From assembly GCA_958009085.1 (NCBI GenBank), contig OY253686.1:372001-436000 (forward strand): a stretch of 64,000 nucleotides of DNA. The letters are read 5' to 3'. The position numbers and the translations under genes are program-made. How positions within the stretch are numbered: position 1 is the stretch's first letter; every line of letters starts with the position of its first letter. Below, piece by piece: positions 1 to 13,195 of the stretch. The notes beneath the pieces are model-generated. The model was not told where the DNA came from. It worked only from the letters and a program-made list of their open reading frames with translations, and made no database searches. This stretch comes from Protoeuglena noctilucae. Its lineage: Eukaryota.

Positions 1-134
1 AACTTTGCCTTCGTGGTGCTTTCTCGTGTCGCCGTCTGCTGCCTGCTATCATATCGAACAGCGGAAGGAAGGAAGCAGTGTCTGAGCGACTCTCCGGCCT
101 GCAGCGTCGCATCAGGCTTCGCACGAGACGGGGT

Positions 135-1099
135 ATGCAAGTTGGGCCTGAGGAGCGCCCAGAGGAGAGCAGCGAGCCCGGAAAGAGCAGACCTCGCTTC
201 AATTTTGGGGCCTTGACGGCGGTCTTGTCAGAACCGATCAACGTGAGCCGCCCACGCTGCGTCTGTGCGCAGGGGGGCTTCGCGCAGGGCAAGAGCGTTG
301 ACCGCGGCATCGTTGCACTCTCCGATCCGTCCAAGCGCTCTTTCTCCGCAGATGGTGCTCGAAATCCCCGATGAGATCGTTCCGGGCCTGTACTTGGGGT
401 CTATGGTGAGCCGCGAGCTGCACAAAGCGCTCGAGTGCCCAACTGCCCCCCGTGCGAACAAACCCGCTGACCTTTGCGCCTCCAGATGGCCGAGATGAAT
501 TACCGCGGTCTCCAGGCCGTCAAGATTACGCACGTCCTGTGCGTAGCGAGTGGCCTGCGGGCGAGCCACCTGGGTCGCCTCGCGTACAAGCAGGTGCCAA
601 TGGCGGACTCGGAGGCCCAGAATCTCTTGACCCACCTGGACAGCTGCTTCGACTTCATCGACGGCACGATCGCTCAGGGCGGCCGCGTTTTCGTGCACTG
701 TGCGGCGGGCGTGAGCCGGTCGGCCGCGGTCGTGATTGCCTATCTGATGTGGAAGGAGCACATGCCCCTGAAAGAGGCCCTCAAGTTCGTGCGAAGCCGC
801 CGAGGCATTGTCAGCCCCAATCCCGGTGAGTGCACGAGCAGGGGAGCTCTGGCACGGCTGGGGTGCTGCTGACGTGTGGGCGGGCCAGCTGGGCGGCCGC
901 ATGGCTTGCGGGGTTGCGATGGCCGTCATCGACTCGCCTTTGCCACCCAGGCTTCCTGTGCCAACTCCGCATCTTCGAGGAGAACGGTTTCGACACGACC
1001 AAGGAGAAGGTGCAGTGGAACTTCAGTAACTTTACTGAGATGGCGAGGACGGGCGAGATGGCGCGACTGCACCGGGAGCTCATGTCGCAGATGCCGTGA
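135..1099 (+). CDS. Dual-specificity protein phosphatase (atypical DSP), 4 exons: 135-242, 352-405, 486-825, 951-1099
   Basis: Spliced product contains EIVPGLYLGS, ITHVLCVA, the catalytic loop VFVHCAAGVSRSAAVVIAYLM and SPNPGFLCQL. GT-AG introns keep the frame. Confidence 0.92.
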
Positions 1100-1413
1100 C
1101 GGTAGCGTGTCGAGGTCCTGCACCACGCATGTACTGCGTGACAGTAGCTTCCGAGGAGTTGCACGACACGCTTGTAGTATCCATTCGTTCCCTGCAGTAC
1201 CCCTAGCAGGCAGACGCCCCGTGCCCCTTTCCCAGGATGCCCACATCGATACCATGAGAGGCTGAGAGATGTGCGCTAGAAGCGTCGAGTTAGTCTAGGC
1301 CCAGGGCAAGGGTTGGCCCCGCGCTGCCACTCCCTTTCAAGCGAGGTCCTTTCTCAAGCGACCGCGAGAGAGGCTGCAGCCAGCTGCTATGACGAGAAAG
1401 CCGCGCTACCGAT

Positions 1414-4400
1414 TCAACTGAAGAAGTACGTGCTGCGGCGGATCTCATTGAGGTCAAGGCGGTTCCCGGGGTCCGCCATCGGGGGCGCGTCGATTTGGAC
1501 GTCGTGGACCGACGCCTGCAGCTGGCGCCGGAAACTCTCGAGGAGCGGGAGGGAGTGGAGCTGTACGAACTTCTCGCGGAGGATGAGGGCGAGCTCGGGG
1601 ACGTCGCAGGCGTGCGTCCAGAAGGAGTCGTGGACGCCGGCAAACACGATGCCCCGCCTGAAACTCTCCATGGCCGTCAGCATCATGTGCGACGAGTCGA
1701 GCGAGTGCACGTAATTGGGACTCACGGCGGAGCGCTGCTTGGAGTTCTGGATGCCGGCGCGACCGGTCATGGGGTCCCTTGCCTCCACCCGCAACGTCAT
1801 TGCCTGCAAGCCCACTCCGGAGACTGCGAGCGAGAAGCGACACGCACCGTTGCACCGTTGCGCGACCTTTGGCATTCGCGCTTCCAAAGGCGAGGTCGTG
1901 CGGAAAAGCAGGGGCTTGACAGGTCCACCGCAGCATCAAGGCAGCGGCAACGGCCAGGTGGGGTGTCGCGAGCGTGAATGCGCAAGTGGTGTCACATACA
2001 TCGCGGCCTCGCGCGCTCACTCTTTACGGAGCGGGCTTGCATGTAAGGCTGCCGGATGGTGAGGCCTAGGGGTGACTTCCACACGACCTCGTGCCTCTGC
2101 TTGGCCACAATGCTCGCCATGTCCGCCAGCCACCCCATGATCGCCCGCGCCTCCTTGAACGTGTCGCCGACCGCCAGGATCGTCTGCCGCGCCGCGTAGC
2201 CCGCCGCCGCGACCGTCGCCTTGAGGTGAGGGTTCCACCCACGCTGCGCGCCCATGCGGGAGTGTCTGTTCGTCAGCGATACAACAGAAAGCCCACATGC
2301 AAGTTGTTCTCTGCCATCCAATCAGCGACAATACATCCACACGAGGACGAGTCAAGCGACACAAAGAACAATGAGAACCACTGCAGCTTAAGAGCCGGAA
2401 ACAGCCCCGCATGTGACGCACAGAGCGAATGCAAGCGGCGGCCTCTCTCACCTCGGTGAGCCGGGAAAGGATCTGGTCCCGTGCTCCGATGAACGTGACG
2501 CCGTAAACGGTAGTCATGACCGTCTGCTTGACGAGCTTCCGGTTCACCTCACCCACCAGCGATTGGGCCACAGGATCGCCTGCGGCTGCGTCGCGCTCTA
2601 CGCGGGCACGGAGCGCGTCTGCCACTGCGCTGTAGACGTCCTGGGGTCGGTCCGAGGGAGTCAGGTTGACGGTCGCGCCGCCCGCTCGGTCGCGGCCCAA
2701 GGCGGCTGCGGGCACGCGGAGGGGAGCTGTACTGAGCATGAATCGAGTTGGCACAAAGGCAGCAGAAGCTCAGCAACATGTGCATATGCCACACTGGCTT
2801 ATGTCGCCACGGTCCCTCTCGTCATATCTGCCACCCCGTCAGGCGCAGCATTCGAGGCTCTCACAAGCGCCTCACCAAAGTGCTGCAGGCCGTTGCAGGA
2901 GCCGTCCTGGTTGATGGGGAGCGTCGAAGGGAAGTCCTCAATTCGATTCCCGGCCCTATACCACTCGTACACGTCCCGGTATTCGAAACAAGCCGCCAGG
3001 AACTGCGATGCTCAGCACATACGGGTGCACGTTCCCAGTCTACACACCGCGATGTTCATATCACACGCCTCTCGACCTCTCAGCACTGGCATGAGCACCA
3101 GCCGTGCATGCCAGACACCGACTGCGTTTCTTATCATCCATCCACACAGGTCCGCCATGCCCAGCTGTACCTCACGCCATGCCACGGCCCTCGCAACTCA
3201 CACACTTATCCCCACCCCTAGTCCATCACCTGGAAAGGGTTCTCAGCCTCCTGCCACCACGTGTGCCGCATCGGGTCGGACGCGCAGTCGAGGATGCGGG
3301 ACTCGTTGTCCTCCGCAAAGGCCACGCGGCCGTCCAGAGGCAACTTGTCCACGCCTCCCGTCGCAAAAGTGTTTGCCAGCTGTATCTTGATCCAATGGAG
3401 GCCCGACGGGCCCAGTGGCTGCGGAAACAAGCCACGAATTGCCATGGCGTACTGTCATGGGCACAGCACTGCCCGTCACCAAGCTAGCAGCACCGCGGCA
3501 AGTGGGTGCAGGTGTCATGAGGTTGGTGGTACAAAGGACAGCCTCGCGCCCCACCCAGGCCCGTCAAAGAGGCCCTCACCTTGGCGACGCCGAAGACGAG
3601 GAGCCCTCTCACAAGGTCAGACCCCATGTGCTGCAGGTGCGGGTGCGCAGGGTATGCCCGACCGCGGAAGTCGAGCGTGTGGGGTTGGAACAGCACTGAC
3701 GCCTTAACGGCATCCTTGGCCGTGGCCAGCACGATCTCAAAGCTGCACTTGAGCGAATGGAAGTCCGCGAGCTCCTTCTGCAAAGCGGACTCGTAAGCAC
3801 GGGGCTTGTGACGAATGGCCGCACACTTGGCCTCTGCAGCCTGGAACTGCGCCGCGCGGTCTCGCAGGGGGACCTTGCACACGCCGCCACCTTGCTCGTG
3901 GTATATGCGCTGCGGGGATTGCCGGGAATGAGCGCGTGGGTTTCTCTGGCGGTGCGAGTGGGCGCAGGATGGGGTGCGGAAATTATGATGCGGTCTTATT
4001 GTGGCAACTGCTATCTCTATCTCGATGTCACCTGCAAGACATCGAGCACCCGGGCCTGCACACGCCAGGGCGTGGTGCCCAGCACTGTCAGCGCGGTGTA
4101 GATGGTCGACAAATCCTCTGGCTCGAAGTTATCCTCAAAAAGGTCGCAGACGGATTCGGGCGAGAAGGCGCGGCCCCCAGTGGCTGCCGAGGAGAGGTCC
4201 TGGTAGTGCTGGCACACATGCCGGCGTCGCGATGCCAGCCCCGCCACCGCCGGCCCACACCGAGACGAGGCCTCAGGGCCCGGGTCACCCCACACCTGGT
4301 CTCCACGGAACGCAGGGACGCCCCACCGGGACCCCGCGTGCCAAGGCGTGCCGGCCAAGGGCGGCCATGCACCCGACACCCCGGCGTCCGCGTCACTTGG

Positions 4401-7400
4401 TGTTGCACCCCCCCCGGACAAGTGAGGTCGAGCCGAGTAGGGCGCGCGAGCGCTCGCGTGCTCGCCATCCACTGCACTCTTCGCCTCGCCAGGCTGCCAC
4501 GTCTTCCCGTCCCAACCAGGCCCTGCCTCGGAACCCGCCACCCCCCGCTGCCTCTCGCTGAACGTCACGAGCCGCGATCGCCAGGCATCTGTCTCGATTG
4601 CGTAATCCACGCTCCCCATTTGAGCATGTGTATCCTCGCCCTGCTCCTCGTCCCCCGACTGCGCACCCGCCCTGTTCGCCAGACCCCTCCGCGACGGTGA
4701 AGAGCCCCAATGCGCTGCGTCGTAGTCAGCCCCGCGCGATGATGGCGATGCAGGTCCAGGCGATGCAGTAGATGGCCCCGGCTGCTCCCACCAACCCGCG
4801 CCGCGATGTGCCAGCCTGGGAGGCGGCGCTGGTGGAAACGGCCCCAACCCTTGCTCTCCTGCCGCCCATCTCCGGCCGGCGCGACCGCCCAGCGCGTCCA
4901 TCGCGCCTCCGTCGCGAGACGTGCTCTCTTGCAAAGAAACACTGTGCCCCCGGCCCTCTCTTGCAGCCCGCAAGGCGTCGCGATGCGCCTGTTGGTCTAC
5001 GATCCGAGACGCTGCCTCCCACCTCGCAACCTCCTCCAACTCCTTCCGATTCTCTGCGTTCGCAAAAGATACGAACAGCGCTCCCTATAGCCTGCCCATC
5101 ACATCACGCCCGGTGCCAGCAGCCCAGCGTTTGCCCAGCGTGTGCCCCACCCTGCCTGCAAGGACGGATGCATGGGCAGCGCCAGGCCGCGCACCTTGCA
5201 AGGACGGGTGCATGAGCAACGCGAGGCTGCCCACGAAGCCCCTCTCGTGCAGCTTGTCATCCACGCCTTGCACCAGACTTCGGTACACATGCCGTGCTCC
5301 CACGTTCCTCGGGCTTCGGACGACCCCGTGTTTGAGGTGGGTAAACCCACCCGTGAAGAAACCGCTCCACGGCACGGGAGGGACGAGCATGGGGGTCATC
5401 GGCGCCACGTCGCGCAGCGTCTGCGTGAGCAGCGCGATCTGCCATGGCGGCAGTCCACAAGAACCCCATCCAGCAGACCACCGTGGGGCGATCGCGGCGA
5501 GTCGCGAGATCGCAAAGTAATTACAAAGTCGTGCCGGACTGGTCATGCGTACAGCGTGCAGGTGCAGGGCACTGGCCGCTCACCTCAAAGGGCTGGGAGG
5601 ACAGATATTCCGCCAAATCTGGATCCATGGACAGCTCCCCGATGACCTTGACGTCGTCGGCGCGCTGCGGATGCACGCCGTGACGAAACACGGGGACCCG
5701 TTGCACCCTGTCCCCGTTCCCGTGCCCCTTGCTGCCACCTTCGCGCCCCTCTGGCCCCTCTGTTCCCTTGCGCAGCGGCCAGAACCGCTTGATCGTGCAG
5801 TTCTCCACCAGCAACTGCACTGCCAGCGCAGCTGCGGGGACGGAAGCGGTCCCAAGGTTGTCAACCAAGACCACTCCACCGCCGCAACGCCTTACGCAGC
5901 TGCCTGCTGCTGTTGGTCCATGCTACCCACGCAGCGCTCGCCTCACCTGCCGCCTGATTGACGAGGACGTTCTCGTTGCCCAGCGGCCCCAGGTTCAGTT
6001 CCAGGTGCCAGTCGACCAGCCAGGGCGCCCCGTGTCGCAACACGCGCTCGACGGCGTTCCTCACGTCCCTCGGCAGCCCCGCCCTCTTGTCCGACATCAT
6101 CTCCATCTTGTCCCGCGCGAGCGATCGGCTCAGGGCCTCCGCAATGTCCTCTGTGACTTTTACGATTGAGATGGACGCCGGACGCATCAACTGGGCTTGC
6201 TGCCTCATCATCGTGTGCTTCGAAAGCGCTCCCTCCCTCTGGGAATAATGAGAGGATTAGGGCGATTATCAACAACTAGATGGGCCGAGAAAGGTGAAGC
6301 GGGGCGGGGCGGCAGGGTGCGAGCGAGGCGGGGCGGCAAGGAAGGTGCACAGGGAGGGGCCAAGGCAAAAGCGTGGGAGTGGACAGAAGCGTGCTCACCA
6401 TGGTTCCCGACATGGCGCAAGCGATCGTCGATCGGGCCACCGTCTCTGGAGAGAAGAGCAGGAGCTGCGCCTCGGCCAGTTGGCGCACGCGGGACGCGGG
6501 CGTGGCGGTTGCAGTGGCGGGGGTACCGTCGCCCGACTTGACCGCACGCCTCCCGCTGCGCTCCCCGCTGCTACCCTCCAGCCAGCGCAGCGTCGCCTCC
6601 TGTTGAGCGCGGATGGCCTCCACCAACGCCGGCTGGACACGGAGCGAGGGCAGGTGGCCATGAGGCAAGCGTGTTGCTATGCTGGGTAGTTGCCACTGCC
6701 AAGCTGCCCACCGACGTGTTGCGGGTTGCACCCGCACCCTCCCGCACCCCTCCGCACTCCTGCATGTGTTTGCGACCCTCTCACCTCCACCGCCGCGATG
6801 ACTCGCCGCCCGGCGCTCGTTCCCGCGAGCTTCCCCAGACGCGCGAGCTCGGTCCACGCCCCCGCTCCCTCGTTCGCGGCGTCCAATAGCCACCCCCGCT
6901 CCTCTGCATACTGCTTGGCCACGAGATTGAACACCCAGGCGGGGATGCCCGAGGCTTCCTCAGCCTCTTCCGCCGTAAAGAGGCCCCGGCGGTGCTCCTC
7001 AAGGACTGCAAGAGCAACACGCCGAGCACGTCCGGCAGGAACACTACAGCATGGGCTCCCTGGCTGGAAACCAAAGCACGACTGGTGACAAGTGCACCAG
7101 CTCGTGCGCCAAGGGGCCTGCACTCACCGCGGTTGAGCTGGAAGGCCTTGTCGGTGCTGAAAAGCACGGCCACATCGTCCAGACTGGCACTGGAACCCTG
7201 GCTGGTACCGGGCGTGGACCTAGCTGCCGCGTTTCCAGGGCCACCAGCCCCCGCCGCGGGCGCCTGACTGCTGCCGGCGATTTCAGACGAGGTCAGCTTG
7301 TCTTCTCGGGCCACTTCGTGCGAAGCGGCCTCTGGGGTCGCCGCGCGGGCTGCGTCGTCCGTCACTGCCCGACGTTCGCGGACCCATTCCGCGAGACGCG

Positions 7401-7758
7401 GCCACCTGGGCTGCGGGCCAGGCCAGGGAAGCGAGCATCATGCTTGTGCCCACGATGACGGATGACAAGCGCTCGAGAAAAGCCCTGTGCGGGTCTTTGA
7501 GGGCGCGGCCAGCGCTCGCAAGGGCAGAAATCACTGTTGCGGAAGGGACGCGCTCACCCAGAGCTCCAGCAAGCTGCGATACTCCTCTATCGTCAGCGGC
7601 GGCCGACTGGTGGCCACTCGCTCCATGGACGAGCCGGACGCGGCCTGCGACGCCCATCGTGCCGCTGCCGAGGCCGGCGCTGGCGGCATCGCGCGGACGG
7701 CGCTGCCAATCGCGCTGATGACCCCTAAGATCCGGCACGTTTCCAAAAGACGCTGCAT
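1414..7758 (-). CDS. RPOT: Phage T3/T7-type single-subunit organellar RNA polymerase, multi-exon; start approximate
   Basis: Motifs in order: PMLVPPVPW, LDFRGRAYPAHPHLQHMGSDLVRGLL, PLGPSGLHWIKIQLAN, DGSCNGLQHF-AALGRD (motif A, split by an intron), RKLVKQTVMTTVYGVT (motif B), PNYVHSLDSSHMM, FAGVHDSFWTHA (motif C), C-terminal YFFS. The N-terminus (MQRLLETCRILG...) resembles a presequence. Confidence 0.95.
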
Positions 7759-8120
7759 CCTGGCCCTTGCCCCCCCTCCGCCCGCCGCAGGCTGGGCCGC
7801 GCACCGCGCTGGCTTCTCGCCTCCCGCCACCCAGAGCGACCCCGACAACCCGCCGCCACGATCTGGAATGGCCCGCCGCGTTCCCTCCCGCCGCTCACTG
7901 CAAAAAAGTGACGCGTTCCGGAATCCTGATGTTTCTGACGCAGGTGTACCGGTTTCCGCCGGCGACCGAATGCCGTGCCCGCCAGCCGTCGAAAAGGCAT
8001 TCTTTCGCTCACGAGGTCCGAAGTAGGCGTGATCGTGGCCGCGTAGAACGCGAACGCCCTCGATTTCCCAGCCCCGCGTGGGACCCCGAGACGGCCGGCC
8101 TAGTCCAGGGGTTGAAAAGA

Positions 8121-11100
8121 ATGCCGTTTTCCCAGGCCTGGGCCAGGAGCCAGGATGCGGCCTGGGCGGGCCACGAGACTGGGATGATGTTTCCGGAGCA
8201 GGTGGCGTCGAGCGCAGCGAACTTTCCAGGCTACAGCAACCAGTATGGGGGCGAGGCCCTCTTCGGGGAGGAGGGGGGGCAAGGTGGGCCTCCCAGCGCG
8301 CCCGCGGACCGGGCTTCGAGCATGCGCCGCCGGGGCCCCCGGCGCGCTATATGCGGGGCTGATTTCGACCGCTTTCATCGGGTTTTGAGTCGCGGAGTAC
8401 TCCGCAACCGCAGGGATGGTCCCGGTCGGCGCGTATCCGGGAGGACAGCCTGTCGGGGCGCCCATGCCCTTTGCCGCCGGCGGGCCGAGGGGGGGCCGCG
8501 GCGGGGGCACGGCGGATGCCCAGGGGGCAGCGGGCCAGTTCTACAGGATGGGCAACGCTCCGATGCACCCGGCCGGCCCCGGGCCCGGGCCCATGCCCGG
8601 CAGGGGGTCGGGATCCTGGAAGACCCCGGGCAGCCGCAGGGACCGACGGAACCGGCAGTCCCCGCTGGTGAGAGTCGCGGCGCTCCTCTCTATGTCCCGC
8701 TGTCGCGCCGGGCGCACGCGCGCTCTCAGCTGTCAACATCGCGTCCCCTGTCGCAGGATATCCTCGCTGCGCGCGAGAAGGAGCTCAACCGCGCGTTGAA
8801 GCACATCCAGCAAAAGAGGGAAGAGATATTCGCCGTGTCTCAGGAGGACGGCGGCAAGGACGGCAAGGCGGGCGCCGGGGGCACGCACCAGGCCCCGCGC
8901 CGTGGGCCGGGCGGCAGCAGCCAGGCGGAAGGCGCGGGGGGCGGCAGGCGCAGCCGGAAAGGCATTAAGGACGAAGAGAGGCGAGTCCATGGGTCCCGGG
9001 CCCACTTTTCTCATGGCAGCGTCGCAGTGCGATGTTGCAGCACCGCAGTGCGACATCACGCCTTGTCGAGGCAAACGGAGGCCCGCCACCCGCAGGGTGC
9101 TGCACGATGCTCGAAGCGCGTCGCCGAAGGGCTCCGTGGCGGGTGGCGTCGGGCTGGCGCACGCGGAGGGGGACGGCCACGAGTCCGGGAGTGGCGCGGA
9201 GCGTTCGTTTGCCAGCGGTTTCGACTCGCCAGAGCCCACCCGGGGCCGGATCCACCCCAACAACGCGGCGCTCCATGTGACGCTGCAGCACCCGCCCCCG
9301 CCGCCCAAGCGGCGCACCGGAGATGCCTTCTCTGCACCTGCCCAGGCAATGATGGGGGCCGTGCCCGCCATGGCCGCTCCGACTGCTGCTGCACCGTCCA
9401 TCGCGGTGGCCAGGTGACTGCCCTGTGCTGTCCCTGCATGGCCATCGCAACAGTGCGTTTTCCATGCGGCCACCCACGCCACTCCGGAACCCCGCCATGT
9501 GCTGAGCCATGTTGAGCGACCGTGTGCATGCAAGCAACAGGCTCTTCCTCGCCTCTTCTCGCAGCCCGCTGGACGACATGTCCAAAGCGTTCCAGGCTTT
9601 TCTCGCGCAAATGGGCGAGGCGCAGGCGCAGATGACGGCGGCAAGGGGCGGTGGCGAGTCGCAGGCCGAGGTCTCGATCCTGCGGTCCCTCATGAGCATG
9701 CCAGGGCACATGCTCTTTCAGGCAAGCATCTACGGATAGAACCAACAGCCGGCGCTGGGCGATTCCCACGATTGCAGTGGTGTGAAGGCGCTTCCGCAGC
9801 ACGACTTGCGCCCTTGGCCCCAAGTTTGAGCCTGCAGCCATCCCCACCCTCGTCTCATGCCGGCTCTCTGTCGCTGTCGACTCCCATCCTCCTCCTCTTA
9901 CACGCTGTTCACGTATCTGGCGCCCTCAGGTCGACCGGGAGGGCGTGGTGCGGCTGGCGCTGGGGCAGTGCCAAGGCATCCTGGGCTGCACTCCCGATGC
10001 CCTGGTGGGCCGCGCCGTGGGGAACCTCGTGGTCCCCGACGACGTCTGGATACTGATGGACCTGCTCAGCTCCGAGCCAGGCAACGTGGCCCGCGTTCGC
10101 TTGGTGCGGCACGACGGGCAGGACATGCAGCCCTGGTGCGAGATCTCGTGGTCGGAGGACCGGGGCAGGGGCGCGCCGGGCTACATCATCTTCGCGAGGG
10201 ACATCTCGGGTGAGCGTGGGGCCTGGCGAGGGTGGCAGTAGAGACACCTGTCACCCCGTCGCCCATCGCTTACTGCCCTGCTCGTCCCTTTTTCGCAGAG
10301 TTGGTGAAGAAGCTCGCGGCGTCGCTCGCGTCCGCGCCCCAGCACACGGGTTCCCAGCGCAACGCGGTGGGCGCGTTCGGGGGCCCGTCGGCTGCTGGCG
10401 ACTCGCCCGAGAGCCGGGAGGCCCGCGCGGCGCTGCTGGAGACGCTCTACAACAACATGCCGTGCGTGGAGGTGTCGCGGTCCGGCCACATCCTGTCGGC
10501 GAGCGTCCGCGTGGTGCCGCTGGTCGGCATGAAGGTCGAGGACCTGGTGGGAGTCGAAGTGTGGTCGTTCTTCGACGAGGTGAGAGCTGGTGATACAGAA
10601 TTGATGACATGTCTTGCCTCTTCTCATGTTTACTAGAGATGTGAGCGATGTCAGTTGACACGACCGACACGATGGTCACGTTCGTGTTGTGGTGGGAAGG
10701 CGGGGTCGCCTCGGCTGTTCCCCTTGCAACGCTCCTCGACCGCGCTCTCTCTCAGGAGCACGAGCCGTGGTTCCGCTGGTGCCTCTCGAGCCCTGACGCG
10801 ACGCACAACATCAAGGTCCTGCCGTTGCGGGGGCGCACGGCCGACGACCAGTACACGCACGTCGAGGTGTCCATCTTCCTCATGGACGATCCCAGCGTCA
10901 CCACGCACTCCGGGGTGCTCCTCCCGGGGCAGATCAGCACGGCGCCCGCCGCCATGGTCAAGCTGCGCGACGCCTCGAGGTTCGTGGTCGCGTTGGAGTC
11001 TGCGGAGGAGCTCGAGCTGTACAAGGAGGTGGCGCCCATCTGGATGGTCGTGTACGACGAGGCGGGGGTCATCGTGGACTCGAGCCCCTTCTGCCGGCAA

Positions 11101-12098
11101 CTCCTGGGCTACACGCGGCAGGAGCTCATCGGCAACAGCGTCTGGGACACGGTGTACCCCGCCGACGTGGAGAGGCTCCGCGACGTCAACCGCGCCGCCA
11201 CGAGGGAGGTCCACGACCTGCAGCTCAAGCGCACGTGAGTGGCTGCGGCGGTGGGGTGGCGATGCTTTGCACACCGCCGCCATGCCTGCGAGATGCGTTG
11301 CTGTGGCGCAAGAGACGGCGGCAGAGTTACTTTTGTGGAATGGGCATCTTGCTTGAGAAACCATCGACCGCAGTCCTTTGTTGATGCCGTGTGGATTGTG
11401 ACGCGCCCTGACTTACGTCCCTGACTCGGTCCTCCGCCCTTTCCCGCAGCGTGCCCCTGCGTCAGGTCTACCGGCGCGTCCGCAAGGACGGCACGGCGCT
11501 CTGGGTCGAGTCCTGCGGGCACATCGTCAAGCGCCCCGAGGGCCACTTCATCGTCTCTGCCGAGTGGCCCTACATCTACCTCAACGGCCGGCCGGGGCCC
11601 CAGGGCGACCCCTCGCGCCTCCTGCGCCGCTCCTCCATCGACGGCCACGTCAACCTCAGCTTCTGGATCGATGGGCTGCAGCCCGCGAGCCGCGAGGGCG
11701 ACCCGTCCCTGTCGAGCGACGCCCCGGGCCTGGCGGGCCAAGCGCTGGGCGGGACGCGCCTGCCCGCGGTCATCGGGTCCCAGAGCCTCGTGGATCACTT
11801 CGCCAAGGCGCCTGCGATGGTGCCCGACGTCCGCCGCAACTCCCTGGCACGCACCAGCGCCCCGCCGCCTGCCCCGCCGTCCTCGGCCGCCTCCGTCTCG
11901 ACCTCCGCCCCGACCTCCGCGGAGCACCGCAGCGCGAGCCCCCTCGGGTCCTCCTCCTCCATCAGCCTCAAGCCCACCTCGACGGCGATGGCGTCTCCCG
12001 CCCGCTCAAATGCGGAGTCGGCGGCCAAAGCCGACGACTCCGGGCACGCGCGCAGCGTGCGGGGCTCGCCTGTGCCCCTCAGCGCCGGGGGCGCATGA
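8121..12098 (+). CDS. Multi-PAS-domain protein with long low-complexity N- and C-termini and no recognisable output domain
   Basis: Three PAS-like segments: VDREGVVRLALGQCQGILGCTPDALVGRAVGNLVVPDD; VSRSGHILSASVRVVPLVGMKVEDLVGVEVWSFF; VYDEAGVIVDSSPFCRQLLGYTRQELIGNSVWDTVYPADVE. A PAC motif follows (YRRVRKDGTALWVES). Exons join in frame, using two GC-AG introns. Confidence 0.8.
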
Positions 12099-13195
12099 GC
12101 GCCGAGACTCGGCCGCCATGGCACGTGGCTGCTTCGCGTGCCAACATCAGCGAGCACTGTGAGAGCTCGTGCTAGGAGGCCCTTTCCCGATCCCACCGGG
12201 AGAGTGAGCCCGCTTCGTTCCGTCCCGCCCCGCATTCTCACGCATGCCCGACGCCTCCCCGCACCCGCGCATGCTCATCCGACTGCAGCGCCACGCCCAC
12301 CCCAAGCTGCGATAGCCCCAACGGGCGCGTTGGCCTGAGCCCAACCCGCCCGGACCACCCCGCGCGTTGCGCCGGTGAGTCCACCCCTTTGCCAGCAGTT
12401 CCTGAGCCGGGCAGTCTCTGACTCTCTTCCTTTCCCGGCTAGCCCACCCGGACATCGCCTTTTGCGCATGCTACGCGTTTGCTGGCGATGTCTGGTGTTC
12501 CTTGAGCAACCTCCCTTGCCACAGGCTTTCCGAAAGCCAGGCAGAGGCTATGCAGCACGCGCGGACGTCGATTCATTCACAGGGTGCATGCCGGACTTGC
12601 CGTCGCCCCCACCGCGGCCCCCCGCCCCCTGTGTCGTCTCGCTGCACGCTTCCCGCTGCCCGCCGCGCCCAGTGGTTTCCGCCCTCGTCGCCGCGATTGC
12701 CCTCGGCTGGCCGTCCGAGCGCCTTCGTGGGCGGCAGAGGCGGGCCGTCGCGTGGCGCCCGCGGCGCTCGTTGCGCCCCACTTCCCGGTGCCCCTTTGAC
12801 GTTCATGCACGTTGATGCAATGGTCTTTCTTATTGCTGACTTCCCTCTTCAGTGACAGGATCGAGTGGCAGGCCCCGTTACTCGGCAATGCCCGTTGCAG
12901 CGCCTTTGCCCGGTGCCATGGGCGGAGGGTGACCTGCCCCGCACATGCACGGCCTCCAGCCGAGGCCGCCCCCATTGCGGCCTCCGCTTGGCGCGTTTCC
13001 AGCCACGCGCGCCGCGCCATCTCGGCCGTTGGCCGACGGTCCTTCCCTCAACCCTTACCCCTCACCTTTCTCGCGCATTCGTTTCAGTGCCGGTGCGCGT
13101 CCCGTCGTCGCTGCACTCCGGTTAAGCCACGCGCCAACCCCGGCCCCGACTATCTCGGCCATGAGCCGGCTTGGGCACGGAGCGGTGTGAATTTC

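Noticed and set aside
1239..1250. CCCACATCG resembling the plant snRNA upstream sequence element
   Set aside because: No TATA box or snRNA sequence at the expected distance; it lies in a 3' UTR.
4130..5100. Intein or homing endonuclease in the RpoT insertion
   Set aside because: No C/S...HN splice motifs and no LAGLIDADG/HNH signature; the sequence is low-complexity.
7767..9515. 582-aa + strand ORF as a single-exon gene
   Set aside because: It runs through introns of the PAS gene; only parts are in the true frame.
13157..13180. HDV-like ribozyme (gccggcttgggcac)
   Set aside because: No P3/L3 element or matching P1/P2 partners upstream.
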